From: Roseofilum halophilum BLCC-M91
GTDB taxonomy: Bacteria; Cyanobacteriota; Cyanobacteriia; Cyanobacteriales; Desertifilaceae
Direction: 5' to 3'
Length of the DNA: 32,000 bases
Assembly (NCBI RefSeq): GCF_030068445.1
Contig: NZ_JAQPOK010000012.1
Span: forward strand, 1 to 32,000
The notes below the pieces were generated by a model. That model was not told the origin of the DNA and did no database searches. It saw only the letters and a program-made list of their open reading frames with translations. The position numbers and the translations under genes were made by a program. Below are positions 1-8,314 of the stretch, one piece after another (position 1 is the first letter of the stretch; each line of letters begins with the position of its first letter).

Positions 1-99
1 GCCGCAGGACTTGCGGTGTCAGTCTGTGGAGCGAGTGTAAGACCAGAGCAGAGTAAATCTGTGAAGGCAACTGCTATGAAGCAGAAACCTAAATTGTGA
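1..99 (+). pseudogene. tnpB: C-terminal end of an IS200/IS605-family TnpB protein (window-truncated; intactness unknown)
   Basis: Frame 1 reads AAGLAVSVCGASVRPEQSKSVKATAMKQKPKL*, resembling TnpB C-termini (GLAVSxCG...), and is followed at once by an IS605-type right-end hairpin. Too short to appear in the ORF track. Only the last 32 codons are in the window, so pseudogene status is not established. Confidence 0.75.
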
Positions 100-100
100 G

Positions 101-142
101 ATTTAGGAATCACCGTCCTTCTAGGGCGGTGAGGATGTCAAC
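101..142 (+). mobile_element. Right end of an IS200/IS605-type element, with hairpin CACCGTCCT-tct-AGGGCGGTG followed by GAGGATGTCAA
   Basis: Stem 111-119 / 123-131 with one G-U pair, located 12 nt after the tnpB stop; the AGGATGTCAA terminus is typical of cyanobacterial IS605-group right ends. Confidence 0.7.
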
Positions 143-381
143 TTAACCTGTGTCAGACCATTAACTCGATAAAAGTTACCCTCTCCTCTGGGAGATTGCG
201 ATTTTAAGTATTTTTATTTATAAATAAGGTACATTAATGGCGGTTTTTGTCCGCTTGCTCAAAGCTAGATTGAGTTTGTTGGTTGCTCCCCCCATTCCCC
301 TATTCCCCCACGACAGGGCGCAAAGCTCTGTATCAGGGGATTCCAGGAGTGCGGCGCTTCTCTTTTCCTATTAACCGGATT

Positions 382-1326
382 TTAATTTTGAATGGTATCA
401 GTTGGATTTTCAGTGTCCGAGCTACCCCAAGGCAATTTACACAAAATGCGACTGGTTCCCCGTTTTGCGGAGGATTCAGGAGAGGGAACTTCAAGTAATT
501 CTAAGCTGCCGTGCATCAGTTCTAAGAGCAGTTTATTAGCCATGAGGGTGAGTCCTGGGGAGGGGGAGCCATTCCAAGTCAATTCTGAGTCAGGGGGAGT
601 ATTTAATAAATCAATGGGTTCTTGCCAACAGTCGGGGGAGCGTTGATCTTCGAGATAGAGATAAACTTGTTGGGTTTCGGGAACTGGATCGGCATGAAGG
701 TGAATAGAACCTTCACTCATGTGGGCGATCGCACTATCGACTAAGCTGGTTAAGACTTGTCTGAGGCGACGTAAATCGGCTTTGACATAAATTTCGGGGT
801 CAGGCATGACAATATTGAGGTTTAAATTGCGATTGGCTGCCTGCAAGTAAGTTAAATCATAGATGTCTTGAAAGACCTCGGTTAAGGGAATGGTTTCGAT
901 TTCCATCACATCGGTTCCTTGCTCGGTTTTGGAAATGATCACCATTTCATCAATGAGCTTAATGAGCTTGAGGGCAGAATCATGAGCTTTGGCGATAAAT
1001 TCCCGTTCCTCTTCTGGGGAGTCACAGAGGTCATTGAGAATCAGTTGATGCATTCCGATCAAACCGTTGAGAGGCGATCGCAATTCATGGGAAATTCTGC
1101 CTAAAAATCCTTGCTTGAACTGGGCCATATCGGTTGCCATTTGATAAGCCAGTTTAAGCTGTTGCACATCATCCCCATCGGACGAAGAAGCAGAGTGATT
1201 GCGGTTCATTGTTGTATTCCTTGAGCGTTTCCGATTCTTCCACAGGGTGCGACTGATACTCAGCCCCGCCATGCCTACGATCAGTCCCGATGTAAACTGT
1301 AACCAATTCCCCCAATCCATACCCAT
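382..1326 (-). CDS. Sensor histidine kinase-like protein (HisKA H-box present, HATPase region degenerate)
   Basis: H-box FLGRISHELRSPLNGLIG; N-terminal hydrophobic segment; 314 aa. Confidence 0.8.
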   Translation of the reverse strand: MGMDWGNWLQFTSGLIVGMAGLSISRTLWKNRKRSRNTTMNRNHSASSSDGDDVQQLKLAYQMATDMAQFKQGFLGRISHELRSPLNGLIGMHQLILNDLCDSPEEEREFIAKAHDSALKLIKLIDEMVIISKTEQGTDVMEIETIPLTEVFQDIYDLTYLQAANRNLNLNIVMPDPEIYVKADLRRLRQVLTSLVDSAIAHMSEGSIHLHADPVPETQQVYLYLEDQRSPDCWQEPIDLLNTPPDSELTWNGSPSPGLTLMANKLLLELMHGSLELLEVPSPESSAKRGTSRILCKLPWGSSDTENPTDTIQN

Positions 1327-1342
1327 TTTTAATTTTTAATTT

Positions 1343-1930
1343 TTAATTGATCTTAACGGCTCCTTGCCGTAAAATCTCCCAATCTTTTCCTGTCCAACGG
1401 GCGACAGTTGAGGGAATACCACTGGCTGAGGTTTCAGGGTTAAACTCATCCGATTTCAGGGTTAGCACTTGGGGGAATTCGGCGGCAATCTCGGCTAGAG
1501 TTTCTAGGGCAGGATGGCCGGAGCGGTTGGCGCTGGTGGTGGCGAGAGGCCCGGTTTGAGCGAGAATGGTTTGGGCGATCGCACAATTGGGTATCCTCAA
1601 GCCAATACTGGTGGGATTTTGGGGATTCAGTTCTTTGGGAACGGCCGGGGATGCGGGTAACACTAGGGTAAGCATTCCCGGCCAATGCTGCTTGGCCACC
1701 TGTTGCCAAATTTGCTGCTCTTCTGGCGTTCCCTGACAAAAAGGCCAAAGGTCTTCCGGAGCAGCCCCCATCAGGATCAGAGGTTTGTCTAAACTGCGGT
1801 TTTTAGCCTCAAAAATCAGGGGGGCGCACGGGGGCAGAGCGGCTAAAGCGGGTACAGTATCCGTGGGGAAGCTCACCAACTGACCCGCTTTTACACCCAC
1901 AATCAGTTCCTGGAGAGGGACTTGGCTCAT
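1343..1930 (-). CDS. L-threonylcarbamoyladenylate synthase, Sua5/YciO/YrdC family
   Basis: GQLVSFPTDTVPALAALP, KNRSLDKPLILM, WPGMLTLVLP and ANRSGHPAL-type motifs. Confidence 0.9.
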   Translation of the reverse strand: MSQVPLQELIVGVKAGQLVSFPTDTVPALAALPPCAPLIFEAKNRSLDKPLILMGAAPEDLWPFCQGTPEEQQIWQQVAKQHWPGMLTLVLPASPAVPKELNPQNPTSIGLRIPNCAIAQTILAQTGPLATTSANRSGHPALETLAEIAAEFPQVLTLKSDEFNPETSASGIPSTVARWTGKDWEILRQGAVKIN

Positions 1931-2562
1931 GGGGAATCTTCCTCTTCCTCCTCTTCGATGTCCTCCTCTGTTTCCCTCGCCGGTGGGGGTAAAATTTGCT
2001 CTGGGGTAATCAGGCGATCGTCTTTGATAATGGCGATAATCATTTGGATCGATTCCATTACCCCAGGGCTTTCCACAAATTGTTGATGCTCCGTGACCGA
2101 GTTAGCCAGGCGAGTAAGAATTTTACTAAAGGATTTATCTTTAGCCTGTACGGTCTGTTCTTCGGTCAGTTTTTGCCCTTTTTCAGCAGCCTCTAAAATC
2201 GGTAATAGGGGCGTGGCCTCTTGGATGGCTTGCCCGCGATTAATCAGTAAATCGATTAGGGTAACCACGTCTCGCGCCGCTTTTTGTAGGGGCAATTCTT
2301 CCTCTGTAGCGGCGCTAGATGAGTCTATGGCAGGCCCAGAGGCTCCAGGGGCAAAAAGAACATTTTCTAGGGATAACCCATCGGGAAAGCCCTCTAATTG
2401 CCCTTCTTGCCACAATTCGATTGCCTTGTCTAAGGCTTTTTGGCGGTTGCCTTCGGTGTTGCGACGACCTTCAACGGCGATCAGGGTTCCTTTTTGGTCT
2501 TCCGGGGGAACACTCAGGTCATCGACGATCAGATAATTAACAGTTGCTTTTTTGCGACCCAT
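1927..2562 (-). CDS. Conserved hypothetical protein with acidic C-terminus
   Basis: 211 aa ORF overlapping the downstream Sua5-like gene by 4 bp (ATGA), suggesting translational coupling; C-terminus ETEEDIEEEEEEDSP. Confidence 0.7.
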   Translation of the reverse strand: MGRKKATVNYLIVDDLSVPPEDQKGTLIAVEGRRNTEGNRQKALDKAIELWQEGQLEGFPDGLSLENVLFAPGASGPAIDSSSAATEEELPLQKAARDVVTLIDLLINRGQAIQEATPLLPILEAAEKGQKLTEEQTVQAKDKSFSKILTRLANSVTEHQQFVESPGVMESIQMIIAIIKDDRLITPEQILPPPARETEEDIEEEEEEDSP

Positions 2563-2689
2563 GAAGTTTATAGCAGATGAAAAGCGCTATCTCAGTTTAC
2601 CGTATGGGTGACAAAGATGACTTGAGGAGGGAGAAAGGAGCGCGGCGATCGCCCAGACTGATAAAATAAACCTATCAACCTAATCTTCA

Positions 2690-3442
2690 GTGTCTGGGAT
2701 GAATGATTCTGCCGCCTTTTATCTTTATGGTATTTTTCCCGCTCCAGGGCCGCAACACTTAGATGGGGTAGGCTTGGATAAACAACCGGTTCATGCTCAC
2801 CGAGTGGATCGATTTACATTTCTTTACTCGGAAGCCAAGCAAGACCGGTATTTGGCCAGTCGTCGGAATCTGTTGTCCCATGAACGGGTACTAGAAGAAG
2901 CGATGCAAGCGGGATATCCCACGGTTTTGCCTCTGCAATTTGGCTTAACGGTGGACAATTGGCAAGAGGTGGAAGCACTGCTAATTGAGCCTTATCGAGA
3001 CCAGTTAACGACGTTATTTGAGAAACTGAAGGGTCATCGAGAGGTGAGCGTGAAGGTGTTGTGGGAGATGGAGGAGGAGTTACAACAGCTTTTGGCGGAA
3101 AATGAGGATCTAAGGCAAAAGCGCGATCGCCTGGAAGGACAACCCCTAGCGATGGATCAGGTGATTGGCATTGGTCAAGCGCTGGAGCAAGCTTTGCAGC
3201 GTCGCCAGGATCGGATTATAAGCGAATTTCAACAGGTGCTGAATCCGTTGGCGATCGAGGTCATTGAAAACGACACCCTTACCGATGCCATGATTTACAA
3301 CACCGCTTATCTTATTCCTTGGGATGATGAACCCAAATTCTCACAGCAAGTCGAGCATTTAGATCTGCAATTTGAAGGCCGTTTGCGAATTCGGTATAAT
3401 AATTTTACCGCTCCATTCAACTTTGCCAAATTAGAGGATTAA
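2690..3442 (+). CDS. gvpF: Gas vesicle protein GvpF/GvpL family (GTG start)
   Basis: FYLYGIFPAP..., long coiled-coil region, and YLIPWDDEPKFSQQVEHLDLQFEGRLRIRYNNFTAPFNFAKLE, a typical GvpL/F C-terminus. Confidence 0.9.
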   Translation: MSGMNDSAAFYLYGIFPAPGPQHLDGVGLDKQPVHAHRVDRFTFLYSEAKQDRYLASRRNLLSHERVLEEAMQAGYPTVLPLQFGLTVDNWQEVEALLIEPYRDQLTTLFEKLKGHREVSVKVLWEMEEELQQLLAENEDLRQKRDRLEGQPLAMDQVIGIGQALEQALQRRQDRIISEFQQVLNPLAIEVIENDTLTDAMIYNTAYLIPWDDEPKFSQQVEHLDLQFEGRLRIRYNNFTAPFNFAKLED

Positions 3443-3458
3443 CCTCTGGGATTTCAAC

Positions 3459-3701
3459 ATGATTATCAAATTACTCACCCTACCCGTTCTTGGCCCCATT
3501 GAAGGAATGCTCTGGATTGGCGAACAAGTCCTAGAACATGCCAACGCCGAGTTAAATGATAAGGAAGATTTGAACAAGAAATTGCTCACCCTTCAGTTGG
3601 CCTTTGATATGGGTGATATTTCCGAAGAAGAATTTGAAGAACAAGAAGAAGCCCTCTTACTCGCGATTCAGGAGCTAGAAGACGAGAATAACGAAGAATG
3701 A
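3459..3701 (+). CDS. gvpG: Gas vesicle protein GvpG
   Basis: LLTLPVLGPIEGMLWIGEQVLEHANAELNDKEDLNKKLLTLQLAFDMGDISEEEFEEQEEALL, placed 16 bp after gvpF/L. Confidence 0.93.
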   Translation: MIIKLLTLPVLGPIEGMLWIGEQVLEHANAELNDKEDLNKKLLTLQLAFDMGDISEEEFEEQEEALLLAIQELEDENNEE

Positions 3702-3748
3702 ACCATTACCGATCGCGATCGGGGTAGAAACAAGGCATGTCTTCATCT

Positions 3749-3786
3749 GTAGGGGCGGGTTATACCCATATTTTTGTAAACCCGCA
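3749..3786. repeat. Short dispersed-repeat-like hairpin (GCGGGTT ... AACCCGC)
   Basis: gtaggGGCGGGTTatacccatatttttgtaAACCCGCac: inverted 7-mers in intergenic DNA after gvpG. Confidence 0.4.
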
Positions 3787-3862
3787 CGAACCCACTGTCT
3801 GTACAGTACGCAGAAAGTAGCAACCCTTTAAGGATTTGATCTGACTAACGCACCCACCCCTT

Positions 3863-4096
3863 CTAACTGGGTAAAGGAATGTCATCGCCACATTCCCAAG
3901 CGGTTTCGAGCCAGGCAGTTTTAGCGTCTTGGATATTGGCAACAGCTTCTTCTAGGGTATCTCCTTGAGAAATACATCCGGGTAAGTCGGCGATCGCCAC
4001 CGTATATCCTCCCTCTACTTCTGGGTATAGTGTAATGGGATAGCTTAAATTAAGATAATCTTGCAAGGTTTGCGGCTTAATCTTGATTTTCATCAT
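3863..4096 (-). CDS. hicB: HicB-like antitoxin
   Basis: YPITLYPEVEGGYTVAIADLPGCISQGDTLEEAVANIQDAKTAWLETAWECGDDIP; start chosen at MMKIKIKPQTL (the ORF track extends to 4138). Confidence 0.88.
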   Translation of the reverse strand: MMKIKIKPQTLQDYLNLSYPITLYPEVEGGYTVAIADLPGCISQGDTLEEAVANIQDAKTAWLETAWECGDDIPLPS

Positions 4097-4334
4097 TCCA
4101 TTCTTCCAGATTAAGAAGTTTGACAATTTGTTGGACATAGACTCGTTTTACCATTTTGCCACCTGTTTTTGGAACTGTAATTTTTAGACCATCTTGGTTA
4201 CGAAATGTGTGATGACTGCCTTTAGATCGCTTTTCTTCAAAACCAAATGATTCCAAAAGATATTGCACTTGATTGAATCGGACTTCGGGAGGGTCTCTTA
4301 AAAACAATTCAATGAGTTTTTCTAGTTTACTCAT
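4077..4334 (-). CDS. hicA: HicA-like mRNA interferase toxin
   Basis: LLESFGFEEKRSKGSHHTFRNQDGLKITVPKTGGKMVKRVYVQQIVKLLNLEEW with GSHHTF catalytic-His context; overlaps hicB by about 20 bp. Confidence 0.88.
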   Translation of the reverse strand: MSKLEKLIELFLRDPPEVRFNQVQYLLESFGFEEKRSKGSHHTFRNQDGLKITVPKTGGKMVKRVYVQQIVKLLNLEEWNDENQD

Positions 4335-4386
4335 ATTTTCTTTATTTTCAAGGATATCAATTAAAAATCACAGGTGCAGGAATTCT

Positions 4387-4713
4387 CTAGTAATCTAACA
4401 AGAATGTCTCATAACTAGTCGATCGCCCTGATGTTTTTTTAGTCGGATTGAGTCCGGGTAAGGAAGGGTTAGAAGCGCTGGTAGCGCCGGGAGCTGGGGT
4501 GTTTTTTTTTAGTCGATCCATCTGACGATTAATGATCGCCAAGCGTTTCTCAATCTGCTGACTCCGTTGCTCAATGGTTTGCAGTTCATTCGCCAGTCTT
4601 TGTTTTTCTACTGCGAGTTGATAGAGATTCAGATAATCCGATGCTTCCGACTCTTGACGGGGGATGGTGCTGATTTTCGGGGGAATGCTACGGCGAGAAA
4701 TAGGGCGTTTCAT
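4387..4713 (-). CDS. Small coiled-coil hypothetical protein, possibly a GvpV-like accessory protein
   Basis: 108 aa; ELQTIEQRSQQIEKRLAIINRQMDRLKK coiled coil; near the gvp genes. The family guess is from memory only. Confidence 0.5.
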   Translation of the reverse strand: MKRPISRRSIPPKISTIPRQESEASDYLNLYQLAVEKQRLANELQTIEQRSQQIEKRLAIINRQMDRLKKNTPAPGATSASNPSLPGLNPTKKTSGRSTSYETFLLDY

Positions 4714-4780
4714 AAGCTGGTAATGGGTGTATCAATTCTTGATTTTACGGTGAGGGACTCACAATCCGCTTTGGAGTCAA

Positions 4781-4915
4781 TCAACGATGGGGTTTATTGC
4801 TCATTTCTTCAAGCTTTTTAATATCATCGTATAAGGCTTTCAGATCCCAATTGAATTGGGCAGCATAGGCCTCGCGGATAGCTCTAATCTCTTCGACAAT
4901 TGGATCATGTTTCAT
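4781..4915 (-). CDS. Very small conserved-type hypothetical protein (44 aa), MKHDPIVEEIRAIREAYAAQFNWDLKALYDDIKKLEEMSNKPHR
   Basis: Clean ATG-to-TGA reading frame on the minus strand, missed by the ORF track because of length. Its opening MKHDPIVEEIRAIRE resembles a recurrent cyanobacterial small-protein family. Confidence 0.65.
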   Translation of the reverse strand: MKHDPIVEEIRAIREAYAAQFNWDLKALYDDIKKLEEMSNKPHR

Positions 4916-5013
4916 TGTTCATCCTCTATAAGTTCTTCTATTGAGTGCTTACTGGTCTAGTTTACCGGATAAAATGGAAGTTAGACTTATCCTCAATAAT
5001 TTGTAAACTCAGA

Positions 5014-5466
5014 ATGATGACGATTTATTTCTATTCTACTCGTGAAAAGCCTTATGGCTGTTTCTCCAATTTTTCAGCCCATGGGTTTATGTTAGATGAG
5101 TTATGGTGGCCCACTAGCGAGCATTATTTTCAAGCGCAAAAGTTTGTAACCACCGATGCAGCGTGGTTTGAGCAGATTCAAAGGGCGAAAACCCCGAAAG
5201 ATGCGGCAAAAATGGGACGCGATCGCACCCATCCCCTACGAGAAGATTGGGAACAGGTGAAAGAGGAGATTATGTTTCAGGGAGTGTTGCAAAAGTTCAC
5301 AACCCATGAGGAGCTACGGCAGATTTTGTTAGAAACGGGAGAAGAAGAAATTGTTGAAAACTCCCCCATTGACTATTATTGGGGATGCGGGAAGGACGGA
5401 AGCGGCAAAAATCGGTTAGGGGTCATTTTGATGCACGTACGTGAAGAACTCCGTAATATTTGTTAA
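5014..5466 (+). CDS. NADAR (YbiA-like) family protein
   Basis: FYSTREKPYGCFSNFSAHGFMLDELWWPTSEHYFQAQKF...AKTPKDAAKMGRDR...KFTTHEELRQILLETGEEEIVENSPIDYYWGCGKDGSGKNRLGVILMHVRE. Start taken at MMTIYF; the track extends upstream to 4945. Confidence 0.92.
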   Translation: MMTIYFYSTREKPYGCFSNFSAHGFMLDELWWPTSEHYFQAQKFVTTDAAWFEQIQRAKTPKDAAKMGRDRTHPLREDWEQVKEEIMFQGVLQKFTTHEELRQILLETGEEEIVENSPIDYYWGCGKDGSGKNRLGVILMHVREELRNIC

Positions 5467-5529
5467 AGTTCTCCCCTATCCGTGACGCACAGGTGTAAAA
5501 TCGAGAACGGACTATAACTCCCACACCTC

Positions 5530-6387
5530 ATGAAGACCATTGCGATTTACCACAACAAAGGCGGAGTCGGGAAAACCACCACGGCAGTGAATCTTGCTGC
5601 TGCCTTTAGTAACAAAAATAAGCGCGTTTTGCTCATTGATATTGATGCTCAGGCTAACTCGACGTTTGCTACGGGGTTAATCAAGTTTCAATTTGAAGAA
5701 GATGATAACCTGAAAGATCGGAATATTCTACAAATTTTGAGTTCAGGGGAGTTGGATTTTATTCCCGAAATTGCCCGTAAATCCAAGGGGTTTAATATGC
5801 CAGAAATTGATGTGGTTCCTTCCCACATTACCCTGATTGATGAACAAGATAGGCTCAATCGTATCAGTGCTGTTCCGTTTCGCCTGAATACTAAGCTACA
5901 ACAAGTCGAGGATCGCTATGATATTGTGATTATTGACGCGCCCCCTTCGAGAGACCTCTATGCTCAGATTGCGTTAATTTCTGCTGACTATGTGATTATT
6001 CCTTCGGATATGAAACCCTTTTCTAATCAGGGACTCACGAATGTGAAAAAATTTATTCGTGAAATTAATGAGACTCGATCGACGATTGGTAAAGAACCTT
6101 TGGAAGTGTTAGGGGTTTTGGCTTCTAAAATTTTAACCAATAGTAAATACTTGGAATTTGTGTTTCCCAAGCAGAAACAAGCCGTCTTACAACGGTATCA
6201 GCTTTCGATGTTGAAGACGACGATCTATGAGAGGGTGGCACTTTCTCATTGTGTGAATCAAACGGTGAGTCGAGGCGATATGGAAATTCCTGACCCAAAA
6301 TCGGTGTTTGAGTTTGAGCGGGATGGGTATTCCGTGACAGAATTTAGAAATCTGTCGTCTGAAGTGATGCAAAAAATCGGTCTGTAA
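5530..6387 (+). CDS. parA: ParA family P-loop ATPase
   Basis: Deviant Walker A HNKGGVGKTTTAVNLAAA; LIDIDAQANST; IVIIDAPPS. Confidence 0.93.
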   Translation: MKTIAIYHNKGGVGKTTTAVNLAAAFSNKNKRVLLIDIDAQANSTFATGLIKFQFEEDDNLKDRNILQILSSGELDFIPEIARKSKGFNMPEIDVVPSHITLIDEQDRLNRISAVPFRLNTKLQQVEDRYDIVIIDAPPSRDLYAQIALISADYVIIPSDMKPFSNQGLTNVKKFIREINETRSTIGKEPLEVLGVLASKILTNSKYLEFVFPKQKQAVLQRYQLSMLKTTIYERVALSHCVNQTVSRGDMEIPDPKSVFEFERDGYSVTEFRNLSSEVMQKIGL

Positions 6388-6389
6388 TT

Positions 6390-7100
6390 ATGAGCAAGTA
6401 TTATTTAGTGGATGTTAAAAGTATTCAGTCAAAGGTTTCTCGTTCAGAATTTGCTGTAGAGGAGTTGGAACATTTGGCTCAAAGTATTCTGAAGTCAGAT
6501 GGGTTGTTAATGCCTCTGATCTTAAAACAAACTGGGCCGGAATCTTATGAGGTGTTGGCGGGCGATCGCCAATATTATGCAGCCGTCAGAGCGAAGGAAA
6601 TCAATCTGCGTGCAGGGGAAATGGTGAATGCGTTTGTGGTTCCCCCCAAGTTGCAAGAGGCAGCCCTAGAGCAGGTTTCGGCGCTCCATCCGACACTGAC
6701 TCAGGGGGGGAATACCTGGACGGATACAGGAGCGACGGGAGCGGTAGAGCAACGTTTGAATAACCTGGAATCTCGCTTCGATCGCGCACTGCAAGATATG
6801 AAACAGATGCACCAACAGGCAATTCAGGAATTGCAACAGCAGATTGATGGCTTACAGGAACAAATTCCGGCGAAAATTGAGCCACTGGAGCTACTGAACC
6901 AGGGTAGTTCTGTGGAATTGCTGGAAAAACTGGCGATCGCCAATATACGGGGTAAAACCGCAGATAAAATCATTGATGGGATCGAGAAAGCCCGCAAAAA
7001 AGCGCCATTTAAGTCCTTCAGCGATGTCATCAAGCGAGTTCAAGGACTGGGAGACAAACGCATGATCTCCCTCCTCGATGCTTGGGAAAATCGCCTTTGA
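6390..7100 (+). CDS. ParB N-terminal-like domain protein with C-terminal helix-hairpin-helix-like region
   Basis: LVDVKSIQ...SILKSDGLLMPLILKQTGPESYEVLAGDRQYYAAVRAKE (ParB box-like), central coiled coil, and IANIRGKTADKIIDGIEKARKKAPFKSFSDVIKRVQGLGDKRMISLLDAW. Starts 3 bp after the parA stop. Confidence 0.82.
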   Translation: MSKYYLVDVKSIQSKVSRSEFAVEELEHLAQSILKSDGLLMPLILKQTGPESYEVLAGDRQYYAAVRAKEINLRAGEMVNAFVVPPKLQEAALEQVSALHPTLTQGGNTWTDTGATGAVEQRLNNLESRFDRALQDMKQMHQQAIQELQQQIDGLQEQIPAKIEPLELLNQGSSVELLEKLAIANIRGKTADKIIDGIEKARKKAPFKSFSDVIKRVQGLGDKRMISLLDAWENRL

Positions 7101-7135
7101 TATAATAACATAATTATGCCCATCGTTTAATAACA

Positions 7136-8308
7136 ATGATCAATAATCAACCCATTTCTATTTCTTTGTTTACCGGAGCCTATGGACTAGATTTAGGTCT
7201 AGAGCAGGCTGGTTTTATTACAGTCAGTGTAGTCGAGAAAGATCTGAATGCGGTCAAGACTATTGCTCTGAATAGACCTGTTCTTAAAAACAGTGCTATT
7301 CCTAGAGAAATAGAACAAGTGACGGCACAAGAATTACTGGAAGAAGGAGGGAAAGCTTTAGGTTTAGGTCGTCCTTTACAACCGGGTGAAGTAGATTTAA
7401 TCACTGGTGGCCCGCCTTGTCAACCCTTCAGTACCGCCGGAAAAAGAGGTTCTGTTCTAGATCCTCGTGGTAGTTTATTCATGGATTTTATTCGGATTGT
7501 TAAAGAAGTACAACCTCGTTTTTTTTTAATGGAAAATGTTAAGGGTTTACTTTCTGCTCCTCTACGCCACCGACCGATTAATCAACGTGGAAAAGGTTAT
7601 CCTCCTTTAAGAAAGGATGAAATAAAAGGTGCGGCTTTGGAGGTGGTAATATCAGAAATGAAGAACATAGACTATCAGGTAATTTACAATGTCTTAGAAG
7701 CAGCAGATTATGGTGTCCCGCAAACCAGACAGCGTGTCATATTTATGGGTTCCAGAGATTCTGAATCTGTCACCTTTCCTCTGCCAAAATATTCCAAATA
7801 TGGTAAAAACTTACCTAAATGGCGGACTTTAAAAGACGGTTTAAAAGGGTTGGTAGATTCAGAACCAGAGTTTATACCCTATTCAGAAAATCGCCTCAAG
7901 TATTTAAAATTATTGAAAGCTGGGCAAAATTGGAAAAATCTACCAGAAGACTTAAAACAAGAAGCTATGGGAGGTGCTTATCATTCAGGAGGAGGAAAAG
8001 TCGGTTTTTATAGAAGATTATCTTGGGATAAGCCTTCTCCAACCATCACAACCAGTCCCAATCAAAAAGCTACCGATATGTGTCATCCTGTCGAACTGCG
8101 TTGTTTAACAGTTCGTGAATCGGCGAAACTGCAAACTTTTCCTGATGATTGGATTTTCTCTGGTTCCACTCTTTCTAAATATAAACAGATTGGCAATGCA
8201 GTACCAGTTTTACTCTCGAAAGAAATTGGTGTTTATCTTTTTAATTTAATTCAAGGACACCAAGAAAAAGGCCAACAAATTACTGAACAACTTTCTCTAT
8301 TTTCTTGA
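7136..8308 (+). CDS. DNA (cytosine-5-)-methyltransferase
   Basis: Motif I LFTGAYGLDLGLEQAGF; motif IV GGPPCQPFSTAGKR; motif VI ENVKGL; motif VIII QTRQRVIFMG; motif IX RESAKLQTFPDDW; motif X QIGNAVPVLLSKEIG. Confidence 0.97.
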   Translation: MINNQPISISLFTGAYGLDLGLEQAGFITVSVVEKDLNAVKTIALNRPVLKNSAIPREIEQVTAQELLEEGGKALGLGRPLQPGEVDLITGGPPCQPFSTAGKRGSVLDPRGSLFMDFIRIVKEVQPRFFLMENVKGLLSAPLRHRPINQRGKGYPPLRKDEIKGAALEVVISEMKNIDYQVIYNVLEAADYGVPQTRQRVIFMGSRDSESVTFPLPKYSKYGKNLPKWRTLKDGLKGLVDSEPEFIPYSENRLKYLKLLKAGQNWKNLPEDLKQEAMGGAYHSGGGKVGFYRRLSWDKPSPTITTSPNQKATDMCHPVELRCLTVRESAKLQTFPDDWIFSGSTLSKYKQIGNAVPVLLSKEIGVYLFNLIQGHQEKGQQITEQLSLFS

Positions 8309-8314
8309 TCTCGT

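Noticed and set aside
283-498. 71-aa ORF in the track (plus strand)
   Set aside because: Lies partly antisense to the histidine-kinase-like gene, with no recognisable motif; judged spurious.
2093-2536. 147-aa ORF on the plus strand
   Set aside because: Fully antisense to the 1927-2562 gene, which has better coding character and a coupled start; judged a shadow ORF.
3760-3942. 60-aa minus-strand ORF MPISKTLKLPGSKPLGNVAMTFLYPV...
   Set aside because: Covers the intergenic repeat-like hairpin and the hicB 3' end; no coding support.
7101-7135. AT-rich partial palindrome (gataataacataattat) between the ParB-like gene and MTase as a possible C-box/operator
   Set aside because: Arms are weak and short, and no controller protein gene is visible; not distinguishable from ordinary AT-rich intergenic DNA.
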